A stretch of DNA of 24,000 bases from Cetobacterium sp. SF1 (GCF_050033475.1 NZ_CP188322.1:101953-125952), one strand, 5' to 3'. Positions 13,348 through 22,113 are shown, counted from the first letter of the stretch. Numbers and translations: made by a program. Notes: generated from the sequence alone by a model not told the origin.

Positions 13348-14784
13348 TTAGTTATTTGTTTTTTTTGCAATTTTAGGAAGAATAAATCCTAAACCTACCA
13401 ATACAACTGGAGTTAAAATATTTAAAGTTAATTGGAAAAACCATTCAGAAGTAAATGCAGGTATATCTTTAGGGAAAACACCCATTGAGCAGGCAAATGC
13501 AGTAAATGCAAAACACCAAACTCCAACTAAAGTTGCTAATTTATCATTTTTTATAAATTTATACTTAGCATGAGCTGTTAAATTTTTATTTTTCAATAAT
13601 CCTCTTAATCCGATATAAGCCAGGAATACCCATAGATATCTTAAAGGCATAACTATAGAGTTCAAGTCTAATAACCAGTTATAAAGATTATTCATATTTC
13701 CTATTCCAAAGGCTGGGATAATGATAAGAATACTTACTAAAATAGCAGTTAATTTATATCCATTTATAGGAGCACCATATTCATTTGTGATTGCGAAAGA
13801 TTTAGGAATATATCTTTTGTCAGCATCACCAATTAATATTTTTAAAGGTGCATCTATTGAAAACATTAATCCTGCTACCTGTCCTAAGGCATTAGCAATA
13901 GCATATAAAACTAATAGTAAATTTCCAACACCATAATATTCACCAAGTAATTTGAATGCATAATATTGACCATTCATTTTTAAATCTGCTGGAATATTGT
14001 TACTGTTAAACATAATACCCATTGCAAAAGATCCTAATAAAGCTGACATACCAACCATTGCTGCAAGAGCTAACATTCCTTTAGGAAAATTTCTGTCTGG
14101 ATGATCTAGATCTTTAACATATGGAGATATTTTTTCAGCACCACCAACAGCAAAAATTAACATAGATATTGTTGTAAAATATCTAAAATCAAATTTAGGT
14201 AAGAAAGTACTCATACTCCATACTGTAGTCGCAGACTTAGCATCAACTAATTTTGGAGCTGCTACAGTTAAAAGTATATATAAAATTCCCATGAAAAACA
14301 TAGATGTTCCTGCAAGAGCACCAATTCTTTTTAAAGAGTTGATTCCCTTTGATGATAGCCATAAGAATACTAAAAATATTATTAATACTATACTTTGTAA
14401 AAGAATAGGATTGAAATTTTTAATAATACTTGCATCTTGGAAAAATACCCAACTTAAAGCAACTAAAACATTTTGAGGTTTTTGTGCTAAGTATGGAATA
14501 TGTACAACCCAATATGTCCAACCAGCTAAGTAAGCAATCATAGGTCCATAAGTAGATCCTATCCAACTTGAAACTCCACCAGATTGATGATCAAATACAG
14601 ATCCCATTTCTCCAACCATAAGTGCGTAAGGTAAAAAATATAAAGATAATATTAGTATCCAAGAAATAACAACTGTAAGACCTTGATTGGCATAGTTATT
14701 AACAACATTTCCAAATCCCCAAACAATTGTAAATCCCATCATGGCTAATGTTCGCCAATTGATTTTTTTAACGTTTGTTCCCAT
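13348..14784 (-). CDS. APC-family amino-acid permease, glutamate:GABA antiporter/YjeM-like
   Basis: Multi-TM protein: NWRTLAMMGFTIVWGFGNVVNNYANQGL...GGVSSWIGSTYGPMIAYLAGWTYWVV. SD AAGGAG upstream. Confidence 0.88.
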   Translation of the reverse strand: MGTNVKKINWRTLAMMGFTIVWGFGNVVNNYANQGLTVVISWILILSLYFLPYALMVGEMGSVFDHQSGGVSSWIGSTYGPMIAYLAGWTYWVVHIPYLAQKPQNVLVALSWVFFQDASIIKNFNPILLQSIVLIIFLVFLWLSSKGINSLKRIGALAGTSMFFMGILYILLTVAAPKLVDAKSATTVWSMSTFLPKFDFRYFTTISMLIFAVGGAEKISPYVKDLDHPDRNFPKGMLALAAMVGMSALLGSFAMGIMFNSNNIPADLKMNGQYYAFKLLGEYYGVGNLLLVLYAIANALGQVAGLMFSIDAPLKILIGDADKRYIPKSFAITNEYGAPINGYKLTAILVSILIIIPAFGIGNMNNLYNWLLDLNSIVMPLRYLWVFLAYIGLRGLLKNKNLTAHAKYKFIKNDKLATLVGVWCFAFTAFACSMGVFPKDIPAFTSEWFFQLTLNILTPVVLVGLGFILPKIAKKTNN

Positions 14785-14836
14785 TAATTCTGCTCCTTTT
14801 TTTATACAATTAAAAATATCACTTTATCAATGTCTA

Positions 14837-14865
14837 AGAATACAGTAAATATACGCAAAATGCAA
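14837..14865 (-). promoter_or_regulatory. Putative promoter of the minus-strand APC permease
   Basis: Minus strand TTGCAT-17 nt-TATTCT, about 50 nt upstream of the start codon. Confidence 0.5.
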
Positions 14866-14964
14866 ATTTTTTTTATATAATTACTAAAAAATGAAATAAT
14901 ATTTTTATTTATCCTAAAAATATAGTATGGAATTTAAGAATTTATATTTTTAAAATTAATGTGG

Positions 14965-14970
14965 TATAAT
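14965..14970 (+). promoter_or_regulatory. Putative extended -10 promoter element of the micro-ORF/pabABC transcript
   Basis: TGgTATAAT, a perfect -10 with a TG extension; the -35 is weak. It lies 26 nt upstream of the micro-ORF ATG. Confidence 0.65.
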
Positions 14971-14995
14971 AATAAAAAGCTGGGAGGGATGAATT

Positions 14996-15088
14996 ATGAA
15001 AGAAGAGCATAAGAAAAGAATCTATATGGCAATTGTTTTAATAATTATTTTAGCATTAGGGTTTTTCTGTTTACCATGGAATATTTAG
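14996..15088 (+). CDS. Unlisted 30-aa single-TM-like micro-ORF (leader peptide or small membrane protein)
   Basis: ATG behind GGGAGGG; MKEEHKKRIYMAIVLIIILALGFFCLPWNI*. Charged N-terminus then hydrophobic segment. Too short for the ORF track. Confidence 0.6.
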   Translation: MKEEHKKRIYMAIVLIIILALGFFCLPWNI

Positions 15089-15097
15089 AGAGCAAAG

Positions 15098-15133
15098 AAA
15101 AAGTTTCTAAGGCTATTATTAGAAACTTTTTTT
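15098..15133 (+). terminator. Terminator-like hairpin between the micro-ORF and pabA
   Basis: AAAAAGTTTCTAA-ggctatta-TTAGAAACTTTTT continuing to seven T residues, 22 nt before the pabA ATG. Confidence 0.85.
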
Positions 15134-15155
15134 ATTTAATAGAGGTGATTTTATT

Positions 15156-15743
15156 ATGATATTAATGATAGATAATTTTGATTCGTTTACTTATAATTTA
15201 GTTCAATATTTAGAAATGCTAAATGAAGAGGTTATAGTTCGAAGAAATAATAGTATAACAATAGAAGAAATAAAAAGATTAAGACCAGAAATAATAGTAA
15301 TTTCACCAGGACCAGGAAATCCAAAGGATGCTGGAATAAGTATGGAAATTATTGAAGTATTTAAAGGTAAAATTCCAATTTTGGGAATTTGTTTAGGACA
15401 TCAATCTATAGGAGAAATTTTTGGTGGAAATATAATAAAGGGATTAGAACCAGTTCATGGAAAAGTATACCCTATAATTCATAACAAAAAAGGAATATTT
15501 AAAGAATTACCAAGTCCGCTAAATGTAACTCGATATCATTCTCTAGTAATAGATAAGAAAACTTTGCCAGAGTGTCTTGAAATAACTGCTGAAACTGAAG
15601 ATGGTCAAATTATGGGTGTTAGACATAAAAAATTTTTAATAGAAGGAGTTCAATTTCATCCAGAAGCAATTTTAACAGAATATGGATTAGATATGCTTAA
15701 GAATTTTTTAATGGAGGCACAAAATGTTAATAAAGGAATTTAA
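15156..15743 (+). CDS. pabA: Aminodeoxychorismate/anthranilate synthase glutamine amidotransferase component
   Basis: MILMIDNFDSFTYNLVQYL, ISPGPGNPKDAGIS, GICLGHQSIGEIFGG and GVQFHPEA triad motifs. SD GAGGTGAT. Confidence 0.93.
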   Translation: MILMIDNFDSFTYNLVQYLEMLNEEVIVRRNNSITIEEIKRLRPEIIVISPGPGNPKDAGISMEIIEVFKGKIPILGICLGHQSIGEIFGGNIIKGLEPVHGKVYPIIHNKKGIFKELPSPLNVTRYHSLVIDKKTLPECLEITAETEDGQIMGVRHKKFLIEGVQFHPEAILTEYGLDMLKNFLMEAQNVNKGI

Positions 15744-17097
15744 AACTTCAAAAAATTCTATAGAAATTTTTGAAAATTTTTTAGAAGATGATTACGCAAT
15801 TTTTTTAGATAGTCAAAGAGATGAAAAAAAATTGGGAAGATATTCAATAATAGCAAGTAATCCTTTTATAAAAATAATTAGTAAAAATCAGCAAGTTACA
15901 ATTATTTATGTAGAACAAAATAAAAAAGAAATAATAACAACAACATCATCTTTAAGTGAACTATCAAATTTATTAGAAAAATATAAAATTTCCTATGATG
16001 GGGATTTTCCTTTTATAGGAGGAGCTTTAGGACATTTTTCTTATGATCTGCTAGAAGAAATAGAAAAAATAAATATATCTCAAGAAGATGATTTAAATAT
16101 TCCTGATTTTAATTTTGGAATTTATAATGAAGCTATAGTTATAGATAATTTATTCAATAAAAAGTATATAATAGCTCAGAGTTTTGTTAACAATATAGAC
16201 GAGAGAATAAAAAATATTGAAAATAAAATTTGTCAAAAAAAAATATTTAAGAATATATTTTATGATAAGAATAGTAAAATAGAAAACTGTATTGAAAAAG
16301 AAGAATATATAAAGGCAATTGAGATAGTTAAAGAAAATATTGAAATGGGTAATGTCTATCAAATAAATTATACTCAAAGATTTCAATGTCAATTAAATAA
16401 AAGTCCTTTTACTTTATATAAAAGACTAGGAGAAACTAATAAGGCTCCCTTTGCAAGTTATTTATCTTTGGAGGAATATCAAATAGTTTCTAGTTCTCCT
16501 GAAAGATTTATAAGAGTACAAAATAGAAAAATAGATACAAGACCAATTAAAGGAACAATTGCTAGAGGGAAAACAGAAATAGAGGATTTTAATAATAAAA
16601 ATATTTTAAAGAATAGTAAAAAAGATCAATCAGAATTATTAATGATTGTAGATTTGGAAAGAAATGATTTAGGTAAAATATGTAAAACAGGTAGTGTAAA
16701 GGTAGATGAACTATTTCATATAGAAGAATATGCAACAGTTTTTCAACAAATTGCTAATGTTGAAGGTATTTTAAAGGATAATATAGATTTAAAAGAGATT
16801 TTACAAGGTACTTTTCCTGGAGGATCCATAACAGGAGCTCCAAAAATAAAAGCTATGGAACTTATAGGAAAATTAGAAAAAACTAAAAGAAATATTTATA
16901 CAGGATCAATTGGATATATTAGTTTTAATGGAAATATAGATTTTAATATAGTTATAAGAACTGTTCTTTGTAAAAATAATATGGCTTATTTTCAAGTTGG
17001 AGGAGGAATCGTTTGGGATTCTGACGCAGAAGCAGAATATGAAGAAAGTTTATTAAAGGGTAAGGCTTTAAAGGAGGCCTTATTATGGAAAGAATAA
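15724..17097 (+). CDS. pabB: Aminodeoxychorismate synthase component I
   Basis: Chorismate-binding motifs SPERFIRVQNRKIDTRPIKGTIARG, DLERNDLGKICKTGSVKV, GGSITGAPKIKAMELI, and YFQVGGGIVWDSDAEAEYEE. Overlaps pabA by 20 nt. Confidence 0.93.
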   Translation: MLIKEFKTSKNSIEIFENFLEDDYAIFLDSQRDEKKLGRYSIIASNPFIKIISKNQQVTIIYVEQNKKEIITTTSSLSELSNLLEKYKISYDGDFPFIGGALGHFSYDLLEEIEKINISQEDDLNIPDFNFGIYNEAIVIDNLFNKKYIIAQSFVNNIDERIKNIENKICQKKIFKNIFYDKNSKIENCIEKEEYIKAIEIVKENIEMGNVYQINYTQRFQCQLNKSPFTLYKRLGETNKAPFASYLSLEEYQIVSSSPERFIRVQNRKIDTRPIKGTIARGKTEIEDFNNKNILKNSKKDQSELLMIVDLERNDLGKICKTGSVKVDELFHIEEYATVFQQIANVEGILKDNIDLKEILQGTFPGGSITGAPKIKAMELIGKLEKTKRNIYTGSIGYISFNGNIDFNIVIRTVLCKNNMAYFQVGGGIVWDSDAEAEYEESLLKGKALKEALLWKE

Positions 17098-17840
17098 AAG
17101 AAATAAAAGAAGAAGGATTTTTATATGGTTATGGTTTATTCGAAACAATAAATATAAAAAATAAAATACCTAAGAATTTAGAGAAACATTTTTTAAGATT
17201 AAAATCCTCTGCCATGGATTTTAATATAGAATTTAGTTTAAATTATGATGAATTTAAAAATTTATTTTTTGAAGAGATTAGTAAATATAAAGAAAATGAT
17301 TTTATTTTAAGATTTACTCTTATTAAAGATGGGGATGAGAGTAAGTATTTTTTTAATAAAAGATCTAATCCATATGGAAAAGAAATTTATGAAAAAGGAT
17401 TTAAAGTTAAAATTTCAGATTTTTTAAGAAATGAAAATTCTAGATTGGTTTATTATAAGACTTTAAATTATATGGAAAATTATATGGAATTATTAGAAGC
17501 TCGAAAAGAAAATTATAATGAAGTAATTTTTTTTAATAGTAAAAATTATTTATGTGAAGGAGCTATTAGTAATATATTTATAATTTCTAAAGGAATTTTT
17601 TATACTCCTTCATTAAAAAATGGATTATTAAAGGGAATTATGAGAGATGAAATTATTAATAAATTAAAAGCTCATGGGGAAATTATTAAAGAAGAAAATA
17701 TAAATTTAAAATTTCTAATAGAAGCCGATGAAATTTTTATAACTAATTCCATTTTAGGAATTATGAAAGTTTCAGAATTAAATGGGAAAAAATATTCTAC
17801 TAGAGTAGTTGAAAGTTTAAAAGAAAAATTTAATATTTAA
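17085..17840 (+). CDS. pabC: 4-amino-4-deoxychorismate lyase / class IV PLP aminotransferase fold
   Basis: GFLYGYGLFETINI, YNEVIFFNSKNYLCEGAISNIFII, TPSLKNGLLKGIMRDEII. Overlaps pabB by 13 nt. Confidence 0.9.
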   Translation: MERIKEIKEEGFLYGYGLFETINIKNKIPKNLEKHFLRLKSSAMDFNIEFSLNYDEFKNLFFEEISKYKENDFILRFTLIKDGDESKYFFNKRSNPYGKEIYEKGFKVKISDFLRNENSRLVYYKTLNYMENYMELLEARKENYNEVIFFNSKNYLCEGAISNIFIISKGIFYTPSLKNGLLKGIMRDEIINKLKAHGEIIKEENINLKFLIEADEIFITNSILGIMKVSELNGKKYSTRVVESLKEKFNI

Positions 17841-17844
17841 TTAA

Positions 17845-17875
17845 AAAGAGGGCATTTGCATAATGCCCTCTTTTA
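17845..17875. terminator. Bidirectional terminator between pabC and the AGCS symporter gene
   Basis: GAGGGCATT-tgcat-AATGCCCTC (17848-17870; loop pairing approximate) flanked by A and T tracts. Confidence 0.9.
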
Positions 17876-17878
17876 TTA

Positions 17879-19270
17879 TTAATCCCAATATTCAATAGTG
17901 TTTTTATAGTTAGATTTAATATTTTCTTTAATAAATACTGGATCTTTTCCTTCTTTTTTTTGTGATAAATAGTCTTGTAGAGCTTCAAAAGCAATTTTTC
18001 CTAATAAAGCTATAGCAATTAGATTAAGAATAGCCATTAGAGCCATAAATAAATCTGCAAGATTCCATACTAAAACTAAGTCTGTAATAGCTCCGAAGAA
18101 AACCATAAAAATAACAAGAACTCTATAAATATGAAGATATATTTTATTTTCAGTTAAAAATTCAATATTTGTTTCTCCATAATAATAATTTCCTACAATG
18201 GAACTAAATGCAAATAGTAAAATACATATAGCAATAAAAATATTTCCCCAATGACCAACTTGTGAACTAAGAGCTTTTTGAGTTAGTTGAATTCCAGTTG
18301 CCGAGGAACCTTCATGTACACCTGAAACTAAAACCATAAATGCAGTACATGAACAAATTATAATAGTATCAGTAAAAACTCCTAAGGTTTGTACAAATCC
18401 TTGTTTAACAGGATGGCTTATATCAGCAGTAGCAGCAGCATTAGGAGCAGACCCCATTCCAGCTTCATTAGAAAAAAGTCCTCTTTTAACACCGATCATT
18501 ATAGTAGCACCTAGCCCACCACCAAAAACAGATTGAAAATTAAAGGCTTGATTAATTATATTTGAAAAGATACTTGGAATTAAGTGAATATTTTTTATTA
18601 TAACTAGAAGAGAAATTAATATATATAGAATAGCCATAACTGGTACAACAGTTGCACTAAAATTTGCAACACGATGAACACCACCAAATATTATAACAGC
18701 GGTAGCTAGAGCTAAAATGATTCCAACAATAGTTTTATCAAAATTAAAGGCTTCTTCAAAGGCTAAAGAAATAGTATTAGATTGAACAGAATTGAATATT
18801 AAACCAAAGGCAATAGAAATAAGAATAGAAAACATGATGCCCATCCATTTTTTATTGAGAGCTTTATCCATATAATATGCAGGGCCCCCTCTGTAGGTAT
18901 CACCATTTTTAACTTTATAAATTTGAGCAAGAGTACTTTCAACAAAACTAGAAGCACCACCAATAATAGCAATAAGCCACATCCAAAAGATAGAACCTGG
19001 TCCACCTGTAGCTATGGCAATGGCAACACCAGCTAAATTACCTGTTCCAACTCTAGAAGCAGTACTTATACAAAAAGCCTTAAAAGAAGAAATACCATTA
19101 GCCTGCTGTGCACTTCCACCCAAAAGTTTAAACATATGAGGAATATGCTTTAACTGTACAAAATTACTTTTCAATGTGAAATAAAATCCAATAGATAAAA
19201 GCATAATTATTAAAACATATCCCCATAAGATATCATTTGAAAAATTAACAAAATTGTGAATAAAATTCAT
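17879..19270 (-). CDS. Alanine/glycine:cation symporter family (AGCS) protein
   Basis: VGTGNLAGVAIAIATGGPGSIFWMW, GGPAYYMDKALNKKWMG, RGLFSNEAGMGSAPNAAATADISHPVKQGFVQ. Preceded by AAGGGGGG. Confidence 0.94.
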   Translation of the reverse strand: MNFIHNFVNFSNDILWGYVLIIMLLSIGFYFTLKSNFVQLKHIPHMFKLLGGSAQQANGISSFKAFCISTASRVGTGNLAGVAIAIATGGPGSIFWMWLIAIIGGASSFVESTLAQIYKVKNGDTYRGGPAYYMDKALNKKWMGIMFSILISIAFGLIFNSVQSNTISLAFEEAFNFDKTIVGIILALATAVIIFGGVHRVANFSATVVPVMAILYILISLLVIIKNIHLIPSIFSNIINQAFNFQSVFGGGLGATIMIGVKRGLFSNEAGMGSAPNAAATADISHPVKQGFVQTLGVFTDTIIICSCTAFMVLVSGVHEGSSATGIQLTQKALSSQVGHWGNIFIAICILLFAFSSIVGNYYYGETNIEFLTENKIYLHIYRVLVIFMVFFGAITDLVLVWNLADLFMALMAILNLIAIALLGKIAFEALQDYLSQKKEGKDPVFIKENIKSNYKNTIEYWD

Positions 19271-19371
19271 TATAACCCCCCTTTTTTATAATTCAAGAGA
19301 TTATAATATAAATTAAAAAAATATAAAAATATATATTTTATAGATGGATATATAAAATATTAATATATAAT

Positions 19372-20313
19372 TTAATTGTTTTCAATATTATTTAAATCTG
19401 TTTTCAATAAAATTAAAGAGTTTTTTACATAGTGATAAAAAACAATGAAGATATTATCTGAAAAAATATTTGTATTTGTACTTGTATTATCTGAATTTCC
19501 ATCAGTTGTTGAAGTTGGTGTTTCAGTAGTACTTGGACTAGATCCTAAAACAGAAAAAATAAATCCAAGAGAAAAACTAGTTAAAAAAATACCTAGAATA
19601 GTCTCACAAACGCTTATAAGTCTAATATATGGATTTATAGCAGTAATAGGTCCTGTTCCAACAGTTGTCAGACTTCCTAAACTTATATATACATAATTTA
19701 AGTAATTTGAAAAAATAAAATTAGAAGGTTTTTCTACACCATCAAACATATTACTAGAGGCCATTAAATTGGCAATATAATAAAAAGAACCAAATGATAT
19801 ACCTAAGATAATATAAGTTAAAAAGGTTGTGATAATATCAACACCTGCAATTTTTTTCTTTTTATAAATTAACATAATAAATTGTCTAGAGACTATTAAA
19901 AGAATTAAAAACATAGTAACAAAAACTGTAATTATATGAAGTATTTTAATAACAATTTCATCTAGAGAGCCTGCCAAAAATTGATCATTAAAAATACCTA
20001 AAATAGGAATTAAAACAGTAAAATATAATAGAAGACTCATTGAGAAGAAAATGTGATCGCTTAAAAAGCGTTTAAATTTAAATCTGAAAAAATAAAGGCA
20101 AGGATATAGCATAATAAAAATAGAAAAAATCATAGCACAGCTACTAGATATAAAAACTTTAGAATTCCAAACGACATTAAATTTATAGAATTCAATTGCT
20201 GTTAAAAAAAGAGAAAGAAAAAAGGAAATACTTCTGATTTCCTTTCTTTTTAAATGATCATATGCTTGAATCTTAAGAAATAAAAAGTTAAAAAATTTAG
20301 AAATATATTTCAT
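19372..20313 (-). CDS. Ion-channel-like membrane protein with a K+-channel-type pore loop
   Basis: Multiple hydrophobic segments, then YVYISLGSLTTVGTGPITAINPYIRLISVCETILGIFLTSFSLGFIFS, which resembles pore helix, filter and inner helix. Start moved to ATG 20313 with GGAGG. Confidence 0.7.
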   Translation of the reverse strand: MKYISKFFNFLFLKIQAYDHLKRKEIRSISFFLSLFLTAIEFYKFNVVWNSKVFISSSCAMIFSIFIMLYPCLYFFRFKFKRFLSDHIFFSMSLLLYFTVLIPILGIFNDQFLAGSLDEIVIKILHIITVFVTMFLILLIVSRQFIMLIYKKKKIAGVDIITTFLTYIILGISFGSFYYIANLMASSNMFDGVEKPSNFIFSNYLNYVYISLGSLTTVGTGPITAINPYIRLISVCETILGIFLTSFSLGFIFSVLGSSPSTTETPTSTTDGNSDNTSTNTNIFSDNIFIVFYHYVKNSLILLKTDLNNIENN

Positions 20314-20378
20314 AAACTCCTCCAAAATAATGTAAAGTATAATTAATAATATAATTTTATAAAAAACTAGTCAATCTT

Positions 20379-20407
20379 TTGACAAGAAATAAGTTAAAAT
20401 GTATTCT
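20379..20407 (+). promoter_or_regulatory. Putative sigma70-type promoter for the NlpC/P60 lipoprotein gene
   Basis: TTGACA-17 nt-TATTCT. Confidence 0.7.
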
Positions 20408-20444
20408 ATAAAAATAATACTATTTATTTACTACTGGAGGAATT

Positions 20445-20903
20445 ATGAAAAACTTTTTTAGATTTATAATAATTTTTATGATTTGTTTTTTAACTGGATG
20501 TACATCAGCAAAAATTTCTCAAAAAGAAAGAAATAATAGGTTATCAAAAATAAAAACTTTTTATACTGAATGGAAAGGAACAAAGTATAAATATGGAGGG
20601 CAGAGTAAAAAAGGAGTTGATTGTTCTGGCTTAGTAGGAATTTTTTTCAAAGAAGAATATAATAAATCTATTCCACGAACAACTTTAGAAATAGCAAAAG
20701 AAGGTGAAGAAGTATCGAGCATATCTGATTTAGAAGTTGGTGATATAGTTTTATTTAAAATAAGAAGAAAAGTTTATCATACAGGACTATATATTGGGAA
20801 TGGAAAATTTTTACATTCCTCAACTCAAAAAGGAGTTATGATTTCAATGTTTGATGACTATTGGTTAAAAAAATATTGGCAAAGTAGAAGAATATTACAA
20901 TAG
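20445..20903 (+). CDS. NlpC/P60-family lipoprotein (cell-wall endopeptidase-like)
   Basis: Lipobox signal MKNFFRFIIIFMICFLTGC. YGGQSKKGVDCSGLVGIFFKEEY, VGDIVLFKIRRKVYHTGLYIGNGKFLHSST contain the Cys and His motifs. SD GGAGGA. Confidence 0.94.
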   Translation: MKNFFRFIIIFMICFLTGCTSAKISQKERNNRLSKIKTFYTEWKGTKYKYGGQSKKGVDCSGLVGIFFKEEYNKSIPRTTLEIAKEGEEVSSISDLEVGDIVLFKIRRKVYHTGLYIGNGKFLHSSTQKGVMISMFDDYWLKKYWQSRRILQ

Positions 20904-20951
20904 TTATAGTAAATAACTTTAATATATTTTAAATAAAAAAGGGGTGGTCAA

Positions 20952-21380
20952 ATGATTAAAATATTTATTTTAACCATATTGTTAGCAACTTTTACAAATG
21001 CTCAAAATCTTAAAGATGGTTTTTATTCGGTTAGAACAGATAAAACTTATTTCTTTTATTATCCAACAACAACAATGACTGTAAAAAATGGAGAAATAGT
21101 AGCAGTAACTCACGATAGAACCAAGTTAGATGGAAAAAAAGCGTCTGAGGATGAAGATTACAATAAAAATATGTTAGAAAATAGAGGAGTTAATGCAGAA
21201 ATATATTCTAAAAAATTAGTAGAAGAATATTTTGCAGCAAATAAAAATTTAGATAAAGTAGAAAATATTGCTGGGGCTACAGATTCAAGTAGACATTTTA
21301 AAAGTCAAATGAGATTTTTAATAGAAAAAGCACAAACAAAAGGCCCAGGAAATTATATAATGAAAAATTATGACTTATAA
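20952..21380 (+). CDS. Small exported FMN-binding-domain-like protein
   Basis: Signal peptide-like MIKIFILTILLATFTNA. DGFYSVRTD...MTVKNGEIVAVTHDRT...VENIAGATDSSRHFKSQM resembles small FMN-binding/cAD1-precursor-like domains. Confidence 0.65.
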   Translation: MIKIFILTILLATFTNAQNLKDGFYSVRTDKTYFFYYPTTTMTVKNGEIVAVTHDRTKLDGKKASEDEDYNKNMLENRGVNAEIYSKKLVEEYFAANKNLDKVENIAGATDSSRHFKSQMRFLIEKAQTKGPGNYIMKNYDL

Positions 21381-21395
21381 AATTAGGAGATATTA

Positions 21396-22067
21396 ATGGA
21401 AAAAAATAAAAAGATATTGATAATTGAAGATGATACAAAAATACAAAGGTATCTTTTTTTAGAATTAACTCATGAAAACTATATAGTTGATGTGGTTGAT
21501 AATGGAATAGAAGGATTAAATAAATTAAATGAAAATGAATATTCCTTAATATTATTAGATTTAATGTTACCAAATATTTCAGGAGAAGAAGTTTGTAAAA
21601 AGATTAGAGAGCAATCAAATATACCGATTATAATTTTGACAGCTAAGGATGAACTTTTTAGTAAAATTTCTTTATTGGATTTAGGAGCAGATGATTATAT
21701 AACAAAACCTTTTAATATTCAAGAATTGTTTGCACGAATGAGAGTAATTTTTAGAAATAAAAAAGATGTAATTAATAAAAATTTTTTAGGATTCAAAAAT
21801 ATAAAAATAAATTTAGATACAAAAGAAGTTTTTTTTAATGAAGAACTTATAAAATTAACAAAAACAGAATATAATTTATTACATTATCTGTTATTAAATA
21901 GTAATATAGTTCTTTCTAGAGAAAAAATATTAGAAAATGTATGGGGTTATGATTTTATAGGGGATAGTAAGATTGTTGATATGTATATTAAAGCTTTAAG
22001 AAAAAAATTAAATTGTAATAATGATATTATAAAAACAGTGAGAGGTTTTGGATATACATTACAATAG
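21396..22067 (+). CDS. OmpR/PhoB-family DNA-binding response regulator
   Basis: Receiver domain (ILIIEDDTK, SLILLDLMLPNISGEE, PIIILTAKDE, GADDYITKPF) plus winged-helix C-terminus (LTKTEYNLLHYLL...REKILENVWGYDF...RGFGYTLQ). Confidence 0.95.
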   Translation: MEKNKKILIIEDDTKIQRYLFLELTHENYIVDVVDNGIEGLNKLNENEYSLILLDLMLPNISGEEVCKKIREQSNIPIIILTAKDELFSKISLLDLGADDYITKPFNIQELFARMRVIFRNKKDVINKNFLGFKNIKINLDTKEVFFNEELIKLTKTEYNLLHYLLLNSNIVLSREKILENVWGYDFIGDSKIVDMYIKALRKKLNCNNDIIKTVRGFGYTLQ

Positions 22068-22113
22068 TTTTTTTACCCAGTTAAATAAGTTTGAAATAAA
22101 ATCTTGTATAAAT

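Noticed and set aside
13721-14476. Plus-strand ORFs 13721..13936 and 14291..14476
   Set aside because: Both are antisense shadows within the confident APC permease gene.
14971-15155. T-box leader considered upstream of pabA
   Set aside because: No AGGGTGGNACCGCG-like T-box sequence or specifier stem; only one hairpin is present.
16150-16392. Minus-strand 80-aa ORF inside pabB
   Set aside because: Hydrophobic-looking only because of AT-rich reverse-complement codons; pabB is clearly the real frame.
18799-19005. Minus-strand 68-aa Leu-rich ORF within the AGCS symporter gene
   Set aside because: Alternative frame of a confident coding sequence.
19271-19371. Possible glycine riboswitch upstream of the AGCS symporter gene
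   Set aside because: The region is almost pure A/T with no conserved G-rich aptamer core.
19445-19696. Plus-strand 83-aa ORF opposite the channel-like gene
   Set aside because: Antisense, no SD or recognisable family.
21298-21573. Minus-strand 91-aa ORF across the response regulator start
   Set aside because: Spans two well-supported plus-strand genes; no coding signature.
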